From: Clostridia bacterium
Lineage (GTDB): Bacteria > Bacillota > Clostridia > Saccharofermentanales > DTU023
Reading direction: 5' to 3'
NCBI GenBank assembly: GCA_040767365.1
Contig: JAXGOR010000002.1
Span: 33,622-97,621, forward strand
Length of the DNA: 64,000 nucleotides
Part shown: in pieces, positions 47,030-56,405 of the stretch
Layout: each line of letters starts with the position of its first letter
Numbering within the stretch: position 1 is the stretch's first letter
Position numbers and translations under genes: made by a program
The notes under the pieces: generated by a model
The model's database searches: none
The model's input: the letters and a program-made list of their open reading frames with translations, nothing else
Told to the model about the DNA's origin: nothing

Positions 47030-48748
47030 ATGACAGATCTCAACAAGCAGGACAAAAACATCAACATCATCGATACCAACCTGGCCAACTGCGTCGATTG
47101 CTATCGCTGCGTCCGCGCCTGCCCCGTCAAGGCCATCCGCGTGACGGGGGGACACGCGCGGGTGGAAAGCGAGCTCTGCATCCAGTGCGGCACCTGTGTC
47201 CATGAATGCCCCCAGCACGCCAAGATCATCTATCCCTCCCTGGGCGAGGTCAAGGCCCTGATTGAATCGGGCGCCCGGGTAGCCGTCACGGTCGCCCCCT
47301 CATTTCCGGCGGCCTTTCCCGGCTGGCAGAGCGGGCGGATCCCGGCGGCCCTCCGGCAGCTGGGATTTTTCTACGTTGGTGAGACAGCCGATGGGGCGGA
47401 GGCAATCGCGAGGGAATCCCTCCGCCAGATGGAAGCGGGCAGTATCTTCACGGCCTGCCCCGCAGTGGTCAGGTACATCGAGCAGGAGAAACCCTCCTTC
47501 CTTGACAGGATGATCCCCGTCGCCTCCCCCATGATCGGGCATGCGAGGATTTTGCGGGAACGTTTGGGCGAGGATGTCAGGATCGTTTTCATCGGCCCCT
47601 GCGCGGCAAAGAAACAGGAAATCCTGCGGGCCGAGAACCGGGGCGATGTCCAGGCTGTACTCACCTTCACCGAACTGGCCCAATGGCTGGAGGAGGAAGA
47701 GCTGGATCTGGACCGGCTCCCTGTCGAGCCCTTCGACGACGAGGGCGGCTATGACCTGGCCCGGCTCTTCCCTCTGGAAGGCGGTATGCTGAAGACCTGT
47801 GGGATCCCTGTCGATGCTTCCACGGGAGATATTGTCCACCCCTGCGGGGCTTCAGCCATCGAGGCCCTCTTCGACATACCGGCCGGGGAATGGAATTTCC
47901 AGGCCGCTGAACCCCTCTTTTGTGAAGGCGGCTGCATCGGGGGACCCGGCTTCCCCTTTGAAGCCAACCTCTTCCAACGCCGCCGCTTCGTCCTCGACTA
48001 TGTCCAGGAAAGGGCCAAGGGACTGCCCCCGGCCCAGGAGAAGCCGGTTGATTTCAGCGTCTCCTTCGAGAAACGGCGCAAGACCCTTTCCCTCTCCGAT
48101 GTGAGCGAGGAGGAGATTGAGCGCGTCCTGGTCGAAACGGGTAAGGCCGATGAAAGCGAACGCCTGAATTGCGGCGCCTGCGGCTACAGGAGTTGCCGGG
48201 AAAAAGCGGCCGCTGTCTGCCTCGGCCTGGCCGAGGCCTCCATGTGCATCCCCCAGATGAGACGGCTGGCTGAAAGGAAGATCGACCATATCATTGAGCT
48301 CTCACCCGTCGGGATCGTGGTGCTCGACAAGGACCTTCACATCCTTCATATGAATCCGGCCTTCCGTGACATGTTCCTTTGTACCGACCTGGTGATCGGA
48401 CGTGAGATCAGCTACCTGATCAAGGCTGACGGCTACGAGGAGGCCGCCGCCGGGGCAGGTGACGCCATTGAGGCGGTCCGGGCCAAATACGGCAAGCGCT
48501 ACCATGAGATTGTCTATCGTTCCGAGGATGACAGCCAGTACATCGGCTTCTATCTCAATCTTTCAAAGATAAAACTCGACGGCAATCAGCTGGACCTGAT
48601 CCGGGAGCAGACCGTCAACCAGGCCAAGGAACTCCTGCAGCATCAGATTGAATTCGCCCAGAACATGGCCCAGTACCTGGGCGAAAGCACGGCCGAGAGC
48701 GAGGCGCTGGTCAAGCATATGATCAACCTTTACGAGGAAGAAGCCTAG
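47030..48748 (+). CDS. hydS: Sensory (group C, HydS-type) [FeFe]-hydrogenase-like protein with a C-terminal PAS domain
   Basis: Two ferredoxin motifs (CVDCYRCVRACP, CIQCGTCVHECP). H-domain with altered motifs FTACPAV (canonical TSCCP), GPCAAKKQE (canonical MPCxxK) and FCEGGCIGGPG. An extra Cys motif CGACGYRSC...C, then PAS (ELSPVGIVVLDKDLHILHMNPAF). Confidence 0.8.
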   Translation: MTDLNKQDKNINIIDTNLANCVDCYRCVRACPVKAIRVTGGHARVESELCIQCGTCVHECPQHAKIIYPSLGEVKALIESGARVAVTVAPSFPAAFPGWQSGRIPAALRQLGFFYVGETADGAEAIARESLRQMEAGSIFTACPAVVRYIEQEKPSFLDRMIPVASPMIGHARILRERLGEDVRIVFIGPCAAKKQEILRAENRGDVQAVLTFTELAQWLEEEELDLDRLPVEPFDDEGGYDLARLFPLEGGMLKTCGIPVDASTGDIVHPCGASAIEALFDIPAGEWNFQAAEPLFCEGGCIGGPGFPFEANLFQRRRFVLDYVQERAKGLPPAQEKPVDFSVSFEKRRKTLSLSDVSEEEIERVLVETGKADESERLNCGACGYRSCREKAAAVCLGLAEASMCIPQMRRLAERKIDHIIELSPVGIVVLDKDLHILHMNPAFRDMFLCTDLVIGREISYLIKADGYEEAAAGAGDAIEAVRAKYGKRYHEIVYRSEDDSQYIGFYLNLSKIKLDGNQLDLIREQTVNQAKELLQHQIEFAQNMAQYLGESTAESEALVKHMINLYEEEA

Positions 48749-48750
48749 TT

Positions 48751-49890
48751 ATGCTGCACTACGACCTGCAAATCCGCCAGCACAGGAAGGAGGGCAACTA
48801 CCTGTGCGGCGACCACACGGTCGCCTTCAGTTTCAAGGATTCCTACTACTACGCCCTCTTCGACGGTATTGGCTCCGGTGTCGTCGCCAACCTGGCCGCC
48901 ATCGGCAACGCGGGCCGCTGGAGCAGGATGATCCGCGAGGGCCTCTCCATCAGCGAGGCCTGCGAGATCGTCGCGTCAGGCATGGACCGGACGAAAAAAG
49001 CCCACTCGCCCTTCACCGCCTTTTCCGCCCTCATGCTGACCCGGCATGGCAATGCCCTCCTCTACGCCTTTGAATCACCCAGGGCCATCCTGAGGCGGGG
49101 CAGGGTCACCCAGGTTCTTGAGCCGCGTTTCTACGACATAGGCGGGGGACAACTGGGAGAGACGAGATTCGACCTGGAAGAGGGGGACGTGCTCTTCCTT
49201 TTCAGTGACGGGGTCAGCCAGGCGGGCCTTGGCAAGGCCTACCCGCTCGGCTGGGGGGAGGCGGGGGCCGCTTCCTGCCTCCAGGTCTGCAGCAGGGAAT
49301 ATCCTGACAGTGAAGTCCTCGACCATCTCATCGAACGCTGCCGCCTCCTTTCCGACGGCGTCCACGCCGACGACACCACCGCCCTCATGATCAAGACCGT
49401 CAGGGCCAAACATCTCAGCCTTTTTTCCGGCCCGCCCGCCTCAAGGGGCCTGGACGGGGCTTTCGCGGAAGCCTTCGAAAAGGCCCTGGGCCAGCGGGTG
49501 GTCTGCGGCTCCTCAACGGCCGAGATCCTGGCCCGGGAACTCCGTGTCCGCCTCTCCTTCCTGTCCGAGGGTGATGGCTTCCATTCGCCGCCGCAGTACT
49601 TCATGAAGGGGGCGGACCTGGTCACGGAAGGGGCCTTGGCCCTCAACCAGGCCACCAACCTCCTGGAGGGTCAGCCGGTCGAGATTCGGGGGGACACGCC
49701 CGCCGAACAACTGGCCCGCTTCCTGCTGGAGGCCGATGTGATTGACATCTACGAGGGAATGGCCAAGAACGAGGCACACCGCGCCCTCTTTTTCCGCCAG
49801 CTGGGGATCAGGCCGCGCAAGGAAGCCCTGCGCAGCATCAGGCAGTCGTTGGAAGACAGGGGCAAAAGAGTCCACTACCACGCCTTCTAG
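48751..49890 (+). CDS. PP2C/SpoIIE-family serine phosphatase with an uncharacterised C-terminal domain
   Basis: GDHTVAF...YYALFDGIGSG...GDVLFLFSDGVSQAG...ADDTTALMIK. Begins 2 nt after the hydS stop. Confidence 0.75.
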   Translation: MLHYDLQIRQHRKEGNYLCGDHTVAFSFKDSYYYALFDGIGSGVVANLAAIGNAGRWSRMIREGLSISEACEIVASGMDRTKKAHSPFTAFSALMLTRHGNALLYAFESPRAILRRGRVTQVLEPRFYDIGGGQLGETRFDLEEGDVLFLFSDGVSQAGLGKAYPLGWGEAGAASCLQVCSREYPDSEVLDHLIERCRLLSDGVHADDTTALMIKTVRAKHLSLFSGPPASRGLDGAFAEAFEKALGQRVVCGSSTAEILARELRVRLSFLSEGDGFHSPPQYFMKGADLVTEGALALNQATNLLEGQPVEIRGDTPAEQLARFLLEADVIDIYEGMAKNEAHRALFFRQLGIRPRKEALRSIRQSLEDRGKRVHYHAF

Positions 49891-49920
49891 GCGGTCCGGC
49901 TCTCGTGCTATGATACGGTC

Positions 49921-50898
49921 ATGAGCCTCCCAACCCAAAAACCCTTGATCATCATCAACCCCGAGGCAGGCCGCTATAAGGCTTCTGATTCCGCGGCCAT
50001 CCTGGGTCGGGAATTGGAAAGGCGGGGGGCGCTCGTCCGTGAAATCTTTACGACCGGGATCGGCGACGCCCGTGAAATCGCCTCCCGGGAAGCCGGGGAC
50101 CACGACCTCATCATCGCCTGTGGGGGAGACGGCACCCTGTCGGAAGTCATCTCGGGCCTCATGAGGTTGGAGTCGCCACCCGATGTCGGCTTTCTACCGG
50201 TGGGGTCAACCTGCGACATCGCCCGGACCTTCCAGCTCAGCGCCAGACCGGTCCAGGCCGCGCATGAGATGGTGAACGGGGTCGCCTATGCCATCGACAT
50301 CGGCCGGATCGGTGGCAGCAGTCCCCTTCTCCGGGATGACCTGCCCCCGGGGGTAGTTCCCGACAGGCCTGAGCTCCTGCCCGATCATTTCACCTATGTC
50401 TCAAGTTTTGGCGCCTTCACGGAAACCTCCTACGCGACGGGCCGCGAGCTGAAGCGTTCCCTGGGGCACTTCGCCTACATCCTGAAAGGCCTCCAATCGG
50501 TAGTCCGGATCCATCCCCAGGCCTGCTCGGTCCTTCTCGACGGTGAAGACTATTCCGGTGAGTACATCTTTGGCGGCGTACTCAATTCCTTCTCGGTCGG
50601 CGGTCTGGTCAAGCTCGATCAGGTCTACTTTGATGACGGCTATTATGAGGTTCTGCTTATTGAACCCCCGCGGAATCTGGGCCAGACGGCCAGCCTTGTC
50701 TCCCAGCTGCTCAGACGGCGGACGGGGCCTGCCATGACACGGAAACGGGCCCGGGAAATTGTTTTCACCTTCCCCCAACCCGTCTCCTTTACAGTTGACG
50801 GAGAATACGGCGGCACGCGGACTGAGTGGACCATGACCAACATCCCCCGGGCCATCAGGCTCCGTGTACCAAGAGCGCCCGGGACCAAGGCCCCCTGA
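49921..50898 (+). CDS. Diacylglycerol/lipid kinase, YegS/BmrU/DagK family
   Basis: LIIINPEAG...DLIIACGGDGTLSEVISGL...LPVGSTCDIAR. Confidence 0.85.
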   Translation: MSLPTQKPLIIINPEAGRYKASDSAAILGRELERRGALVREIFTTGIGDAREIASREAGDHDLIIACGGDGTLSEVISGLMRLESPPDVGFLPVGSTCDIARTFQLSARPVQAAHEMVNGVAYAIDIGRIGGSSPLLRDDLPPGVVPDRPELLPDHFTYVSSFGAFTETSYATGRELKRSLGHFAYILKGLQSVVRIHPQACSVLLDGEDYSGEYIFGGVLNSFSVGGLVKLDQVYFDDGYYEVLLIEPPRNLGQTASLVSQLLRRRTGPAMTRKRAREIVFTFPQPVSFTVDGEYGGTRTEWTMTNIPRAIRLRVPRAPGTKAP

Positions 50899-50910
50899 GG
50901 GAGGTGCGGC

Positions 50911-52002
50911 ATGGAAGCCAAAGAAAAGCAGTATCAGCGCCAGGATCAGGGCCTCGGCGAACTCCTTCGCTATGAGAACATTGCCTGGTTCGAGGACGGC
51001 CTGGTGAGGATCCTCGACCGGCGCGTCTATCCGACAGAGAAGGTTTTTGTTGAATGCCGCAGCGCGGATGAGGTGGCGGAGGCCATCGCCGCCATGGTGA
51101 CCCAAAGCGCCGGCCCCTACACTGCCGCCGGCATGGGAATGGCGCTGGCCGCCTGGCAGTTGAGGGGGAGGAGCCCGGCGGATCAGATGGCCGGACTTGA
51201 GCAGGCTGCCGGACGGCTGGCCCGGGCGCGGCCGACGACCAGGTCCAGGATGGAGCGTATAACGGAAGGGGCGCTCCTGACGGCCAGATCAGCCCTTGGC
51301 AAGGGCGAAAGAGACCTGTCGCAAACCCTCTTCCAGCTCGCCTATGACTCGCTTGAGCGCCGTTACGGGCGCATGTCCCGCGTCGGCGAAAGGCTGGTCT
51401 CCCTCTTCCCTCCGGAAACCAGGCTCCTGACCCATTGCTTCGGTGAGACCATCGTGGGAACCATGATCCGGGCGGCCCAGGAAAAGGGCAAGAACCTGAA
51501 GCTCTTCTGCGCGGAGACCCGACCCTATTTCCAGGGGGCGCGGCTGACCGCGAGCGTGGCCGTCGATATGGGCCTTGATGTCACGGTCATCACGGACAAC
51601 ATGCCCGCGGACCTCCTGTCCCGCCAGGGGATTGACCTCTTCACCACGGCCGCCGACGCCATCACGACGGACGGCTATGTGGTCAACAAGATCGGGACCC
51701 TGCAGATCGCCATAGTCGCCAAGCACTATGGCATTCCCTATTTTGTAACCGGTATCCCCGACAGGGTAAGCCTGGACCAGATAAGCATTGAGGAGCGGGA
51801 CCCTGAACTGGTCCTTGAGGCCAGGGGCATCCGCAACACAAAGGCAGGGGTCAAGGGCTACTATCCGGCCTTTGACGTAACCCCGCCCTCTTTCGTATCG
51901 GCTGTCGTCACCGACACCGGGATCTTGACCCCCTACAATCTGGGGGACTACCGGCCGCCCTCCGGGGGCGGGCCTGACTATTACGGTGGGGCGCCGGTTT
52001 GA
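50911..52002 (+). CDS. eIF-2B alpha/beta/delta-like (MtnA-family) protein; possible methylthioribose-1-phosphate isomerase paralogue
   Basis: LVRILDRRVYP...THCFGETIVGTMIRAAQEKGKNLKLFCAETRPYFQGARLTA...VVNKIGTLQIAIVAKHYGIPYFV. The usual VRGAPAIG motif is diverged (VTQSAGPYTAAG). Confidence 0.7.
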   Translation: MEAKEKQYQRQDQGLGELLRYENIAWFEDGLVRILDRRVYPTEKVFVECRSADEVAEAIAAMVTQSAGPYTAAGMGMALAAWQLRGRSPADQMAGLEQAAGRLARARPTTRSRMERITEGALLTARSALGKGERDLSQTLFQLAYDSLERRYGRMSRVGERLVSLFPPETRLLTHCFGETIVGTMIRAAQEKGKNLKLFCAETRPYFQGARLTASVAVDMGLDVTVITDNMPADLLSRQGIDLFTTAADAITTDGYVVNKIGTLQIAIVAKHYGIPYFVTGIPDRVSLDQISIEERDPELVLEARGIRNTKAGVKGYYPAFDVTPPSFVSAVVTDTGILTPYNLGDYRPPSGGGPDYYGGAPV

Positions 52003-52080
52003 CCCGGCTTGTTATCACAAGGCGCTCGTGATAGGATACGGGCGGAGTTCATCCAAATAATCTGAAAAGGAGGTGCGACT

Positions 52081-53124
52081 ATGTCTGAGAAAGCTATCCG
52101 TCTGACGGAGCTGACCAAGGCGGGCGGTTGAGGAGCCAAGATAGGACCGGCGGTTCTTTCCCAACTTCTTTCCGGCTTGCCCAAGGTTTCCGACCCGCGC
52201 CTCCTTGTTGGATATGAATCCGACGATGATGCCTGCGTCTACCTGGTTTCGGAGGAGGTCGCCCTCGTTCAGACGGTTGATTTCTTCCCGCCCGTGGTCG
52301 ATGACCCCTATGACTATGGCCGCATCGCGGCGGCCAACGCGCTAAGTGATGTCTACGCCATGGGCGCCGAACCAAAAACGGCCTTGAACCTGCTTTGTTT
52401 CTCCGGCTGTCTGGATCTGGACATAGTCCGCAGGATCCTGGAAGGCGGAGCCGACAAATGCCTGGAGGCCGGCGTGGCCGTCGCGGGTGGTCACAGCATC
52501 GAGGACGAGGAGCCCAAATTCGGACTCTCCGTCATGGGCCTCTGCCACCCCGACAAGATCCGGCGTAACGATACGGCCCGGGCCGGCGATGTCCTGGTAC
52601 TGACCAAGGCACTCGGGACCGGAGCCCTCTCAACGGCGGCCAAGGCCAAGCTGATCGACGAAGAAACGGAAAAAGCCCTGGTGGATTCCATGGCTGGACT
52701 GAACCGTTACGCCTTTGAGGCGTCCGTCGATCTGGATATCTCGGCATCGACGGATATCACCGGTTTCGGTCTTCTGGGCCACGTCAAGGAGATGACGGGA
52801 CGGAAGAGACAGATCACCATGGCGATCGAGAGCCGGAAACTGCCCCTCCTGCCTCAGGCACTGGAGATGGCGGAAGAGGGCATGCTACCTGGAGGTTGTT
52901 ACCGCAACCGCGACTTTGTCGGGGATCTGGTAAGCTTCGAAAAGGACATACCCCTGGCTCTGACCGACTTGATGTTTGATCCGCAGACCTCGGGCGGCCT
53001 CCTGCTCGCCATGCGGGAAGAGGCGGCCCTGGCCTATCTGGACCTGCTTGGCAGGGACGGAAGGGAAGCCTGGATCATCGGGCACGTCCTCCCTGCGGAA
53101 GCTGTCGCCATCCGGGTCATCTAA
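52081..53124 (+). CDS. selD: Selenide, water dikinase SelD with in-frame TGA = selenocysteine at codon 17 (52129-52131)
   Basis: ATG at 52081 (RBS AAAGGAGGTG), then MSEKAIRLTELTKAGG-TGA-GAKIGPAVLSQLLSGLPKVS in the same frame as the track ORF 52177..53124. G-[U/C]-G-x-K is the SelD catalytic loop. The rest is canonical (DDACVY, VQTVDFFPPVVDDPYDYGRIAAANALSDVYAMGA). Confidence 0.88.
52144..52156 (+). promoter_or_regulatory. Candidate core of the selD SECIS hairpin
   Basis: GGACC-GGC-GGUUC stem-loop begins 12 nt after the UGA, which is the expected distance for bacterial SECIS elements. The wider fold was not computed. Confidence 0.3.
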
Positions 53125-53260
53125 CCGAACCGTCCAACCGGACCCTATCTTGATCTAAATCCTCAATCCGCCTGGCCAAGGCCTGTTACGGTAACCAAGA
53201 CCTGGTGCCCGCGCAGCTTGCCGGCACACACTCACATTGATGATTAGAGGAGAATACTTC

Positions 53261-54376
53261 GTGAAAAAACTATCCAAATACGCAGTCATCATGACCGGGG
53301 CCGTGATCGGCTTCGCAGGGGTCCTGTTAATGCTCAAGGGCAATCCGGCCAACATGGGCCTGTGCATCGCCTGTTTCCTTAGGGACACGGCCGGTGCCCT
53401 CAAACTCCATTCAGCCGCGCCGGTCCAGTACGTCAGACCCGAGATTATCGGCTTGATCCTGGGCTCCTTTGTCCTGTCACTTCTGACAAGGGAGTTCCGG
53501 GCCCGTGGCGGATCCTCGCCCCTCATCCGCTTCTTCCTCGGTTTCATGGTCATGATCGGCGCCCTTGTTTTCCTGGGTTGCCCCCTCCGCATGGTCCTCC
53601 GGATGGCGGCCGGGGACCTCAACGCCTGGATCGCCCTTATCGGCTTCGTCCTCGGCATCTACCTTGGAACCCTCTTCCTCAAGTCGGGTTTCTCACTGGG
53701 CCGGACCTACAAGCTGAATCCCCTGGAGGGCGCCGTCTTACCTGTCCTCCAGCTTCCGCTCCTGCTCCTGCTGGCCCTGGCCTCCCCCCTGCTGGCTTTC
53801 TCCGAAAGCGGACCGGGCTCCCTGCATGCCTCCATCTGGCTGGCACTGGGCCTCTCCTTCCTGATCGGCATGCTGGCCCAGCGCTCGCGGATCTGTCAGG
53901 CAGGCGGGGTCAGGGACGTCTTCATGATCCGCGACGGTCACCTCTTCTGGGGTAATGTCGGTATCTTCGGGGTTGCCCTGATTTTCAACCTGGCGACCAA
54001 CAACTTCAACCTGGGCCTCTACCATCAGCCCGTCGCCCACAGTCAGTGGCTGTGGAATATCGTCGGCATGACCCTGGTCGGCTTGGGCTCTGTCCTGCTC
54101 GGCGGCTGCCCCATGCGCCAGCTGGTCCTGACCGGAACGGGTAATGTGGATTCAGCCATAACCGTGATCGGCCTGGTCGCAGGCGCGGCCTTCAGCCATA
54201 ACTTTGGTCTGGCTTCGTCGGGGGATGTCTACGAGGAAGGGACCCATATTGTTACGGGCGGTGGTACGACAGCCGCGGGGCGGATCGCCGCCCTAGTCTC
54301 CCTGCTTTTGATGCTTTTGATCGGGGCCCTCTATTCGCGCCGGCCAAAGGCAAAAACACACAAAACCAATCCATGA
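53261..54376 (+). CDS. yedE: YedE-family putative selenium (Se/S) transporter
   Basis: Polytopic. GNPANMGLCIACFLRDTAGAL and a second half with CQAGGVRD / GGCPMRQ motifs typical of YedE/YeeE. GTG at 53261 lies 8 nt after AGAGGAG. Confidence 0.8.
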   Translation: MKKLSKYAVIMTGAVIGFAGVLLMLKGNPANMGLCIACFLRDTAGALKLHSAAPVQYVRPEIIGLILGSFVLSLLTREFRARGGSSPLIRFFLGFMVMIGALVFLGCPLRMVLRMAAGDLNAWIALIGFVLGIYLGTLFLKSGFSLGRTYKLNPLEGAVLPVLQLPLLLLLALASPLLAFSESGPGSLHASIWLALGLSFLIGMLAQRSRICQAGGVRDVFMIRDGHLFWGNVGIFGVALIFNLATNNFNLGLYHQPVAHSQWLWNIVGMTLVGLGSVLLGGCPMRQLVLTGTGNVDSAITVIGLVAGAAFSHNFGLASSGDVYEEGTHIVTGGGTTAAGRIAALVSLLLMLLIGALYSRRPKAKTHKTNP

Positions 54377-54394
54377 TAGAAAGGTGGAAATCCT

Positions 54395-54601
54395 ATGAAA
54401 ACAATAGACGCCAGAGGCTTATCCTGTCCCGAACCCGTCCTGCTCACCAGGCGGGCCGTTGACGAGGGGGAATACCCCTTCACGGTCCTCGTCGATGACG
54501 AGACACCGCGTGAAAACATCCTGCGCTTTGCCAAAAACAATGGTCATCCGGTTGAACTATCCGAGGATGGCGGCGATTACGCCCTTGTGTTCACCAAGTG
54601 A
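54395..54601 (+). CDS. yedF: TusA/SirA-like sulfur/selenium carrier (YedF-type)
   Basis: 68 aa. MKTIDARGLSCPEPVLLTRRAV carries the CPxP active-site motif. Confidence 0.78.
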   Translation: MKTIDARGLSCPEPVLLTRRAVDEGEYPFTVLVDDETPRENILRFAKNNGHPVELSEDGGDYALVFTK

Positions 54602-54602
54602 C

Positions 54603-54842
54603 ATGGCCTGGATAGCGACCTTTCATTCGCACTTCGGCGCCTTGAACTTTCAGAGGCGCCTGCGGCAGCTGGGGGATAGCCGGGCTGAAATAATCCCGGC
54701 CCCCCGCCGCCTTTCCATTTCCTGCGGATCGGCCGTCCGCTTCCATCTCAGCTTCGATCCCTCTGTCATGGTAGACGAGGATACGGACGGGGTTTTCCTG
54801 GAAGAGGACGGCCACTACAGGCAGGTCTTCTCAAACGACTGA
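54603..54842 (+). CDS. DUF3343 (putative Se/S carrier-like) protein
   Basis: 79 aa: MAWIATFHSHFGALNFQRRLRQLGDSRAEIIPAPRRLSISCGSAVRF. ATG lies 1 nt after the yedF stop. Typical partner of yedE/yedF/selD. Confidence 0.7.
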   Translation: MAWIATFHSHFGALNFQRRLRQLGDSRAEIIPAPRRLSISCGSAVRFHLSFDPSVMVDEDTDGVFLEEDGHYRQVFSND

Positions 54843-54911
54843 TCCCCGCGCCGCTTGCTGCTGTGGGGGTCAGGCTTTGGTAAGATGATTATGTAATCTT
54901 CTGAGGAAGAG

Positions 54912-56405
54912 GTGAGAGTCGTGGATATCATCGACAGCCCGCGTCATTTGCCCAAGGTGGATGACCTCTTGCGTGACAGCCGTCTTGACAAGGCCAAGGA
55001 AAGTCTGGGCTATGTCCCCGTGCGTGACGCGGTCCGGTCGATTCTCAAGGCCGCCCGCGCCCTGCTGACGGCCAAGGCCGGGGAAACCGGTGGCACCGCC
55101 GATCTGGCCTGTCTGGAACGTGCCCTGGGCACGGATCAGGGTCAGCAGGACCGGCCAAGTCTGACTGAACAGGTAATTATTTCTGCAGTCCTCCTGAAAC
55201 TTGAAGCCGAAGACAAGGCGGGTATCCGGAAGGTCATCAACGCGACCGGCGCCATCCTCCATACCAACCTGGGGCGCGCCCCCCTGGCGGCCCAGGCGCT
55301 CTCAGCCGTGGACCAGGGGAGCCGGGGTTATTCCTCCCTCGAATATGATCTTGAGAAAAACAGGCGCGGCCAGCGGACAGCACCGGCAGAGGCCCTCTTG
55401 AGGCGGCTCTTCGGGGTTGAGGCGGCCCTGGTGGTCAACAACAATGCCGCCGCCGTCCTCCTGGCCCTTTCCGCCCTTTGCAGGGGAGGGGAGGTCATCG
55501 TTTCGCGCGGTGAACTGGTCGAAATCGGCGGCAAGTTCCGGATCCCGGAGATCATGGAGGAAAGCGGCGCCATCCTGCGTGAAGTCGGGACCACCAACAA
55601 GACCCATGCTTTCGATTACGAGCGGGCCATCCGGGAATCGACAGTCGCCCTGCTCAAGGTCCATCGGAGCAATTTCCGCCTGAACGGCTTCGCTGAGGAA
55701 GTCGATGCCGGGACCCTGGCGGACCTGGCAAAAAAGCATGGCCTATACCTGATCTATGACCTGGGAAGCGGCTGTGTGTCGGAGGAACTGGCCAAACTCC
55801 TGCCCGAGGAGCCGACCGTGGCCTCAGCCCTTGCGTCCGGGGCCCAGGTCATCTGCTTTTCAGGCGATAAACTCCTGGGAGGCCCCCAGGCGGGTATCCT
55901 GATCGGTCAGGCGGAGGCCCTTGACCGCCTGCGTTCGCACCCGCTCATGCGGGCCTTCCGCTGTGACAAAATGACCCTCCTGGCCCTGGAGGCGACCCTG
56001 AAGCTCTACCTTGACCCCGAAAGGGCCCAGGCGCATATCCCCCTCCTTTCCATGGCCCTCTGCGATCCCCGCCTCCTCTTTGAGCGGACCTCAAAGCTGG
56101 CCCTGGAGCTGGCGGATCTCGGCATCCCGGCCCGGGTCCTTGAATCCGACATGATCATGGGCGGGGGCTCCGCCCCTGAGGTGCGGATCCCCTCCTGGGC
56201 CCTGGCAATCGATCCGGGCGCCAATGCCGGCAGCCTGTCCGTCACCGCCCTGGAAGCCTCCCTGCGGGCCTTTGATCCGCCCCTCCTCTGCAGAACAGCC
56301 CATGACCTCCTTCTGCTTGATCTTCGGACCGTCTCCCCTGAGGAGGAAGAAGTAATCAAATTCGCCCTTCTAGATCTTTTTGGAAGGGAGGACCAGCTCC
56401 TATGA
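54912..56405 (+). CDS. selA: L-seryl-tRNA(Sec) selenium transferase
   Basis: LPKVDDLLRD..., INATGAILHTNLGRAPL, SLEYDLEKNRRGQR, VVNNNAAAVLLAL, IVSRGELVEIGGKFRIPEIM, VGTTNKTH, FSGDKLLGGPQAGI. The exact start is uncertain (GTG 54912 or GTG 54921). Confidence 0.9.
   Translation: MRVVDIIDSPRHLPKVDDLLRDSRLDKAKESLGYVPVRDAVRSILKAARALLTAKAGETGGTADLACLERALGTDQGQQDRPSLTEQVIISAVLLKLEAEDKAGIRKVINATGAILHTNLGRAPLAAQALSAVDQGSRGYSSLEYDLEKNRRGQRTAPAEALLRRLFGVEAALVVNNNAAAVLLALSALCRGGEVIVSRGELVEIGGKFRIPEIMEESGAILREVGTTNKTHAFDYERAIRESTVALLKVHRSNFRLNGFAEEVDAGTLADLAKKHGLYLIYDLGSGCVSEELAKLLPEEPTVASALASGAQVICFSGDKLLGGPQAGILIGQAEALDRLRSHPLMRAFRCDKMTLLALEATLKLYLDPERAQAHIPLLSMALCDPRLLFERTSKLALELADLGIPARVLESDMIMGGGSAPEVRIPSWALAIDPGANAGSLSVTALEASLRAFDPPLLCRTAHDLLLLDLRTVSPEEEEVIKFALLDLFGREDQLL

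Noticed and set aside
53125-53260. Search for tRNA-Sec (selC) in the spacers of the selenium island
   Set aside because: No UCA anticodon loop in a tRNA-like context and no long variable arm was found here, or in 54843-54911, or in other intergenic regions of the window.
54599-54605. TGA at the end of yedF as a possible second Sec codon joining yedF to DUF3343
   Set aside because: Reading through in frame gives unrelated sequence that stops after about 25 codons. The DUF3343 ORF is in a different frame with its own ATG, so these are two separate genes.
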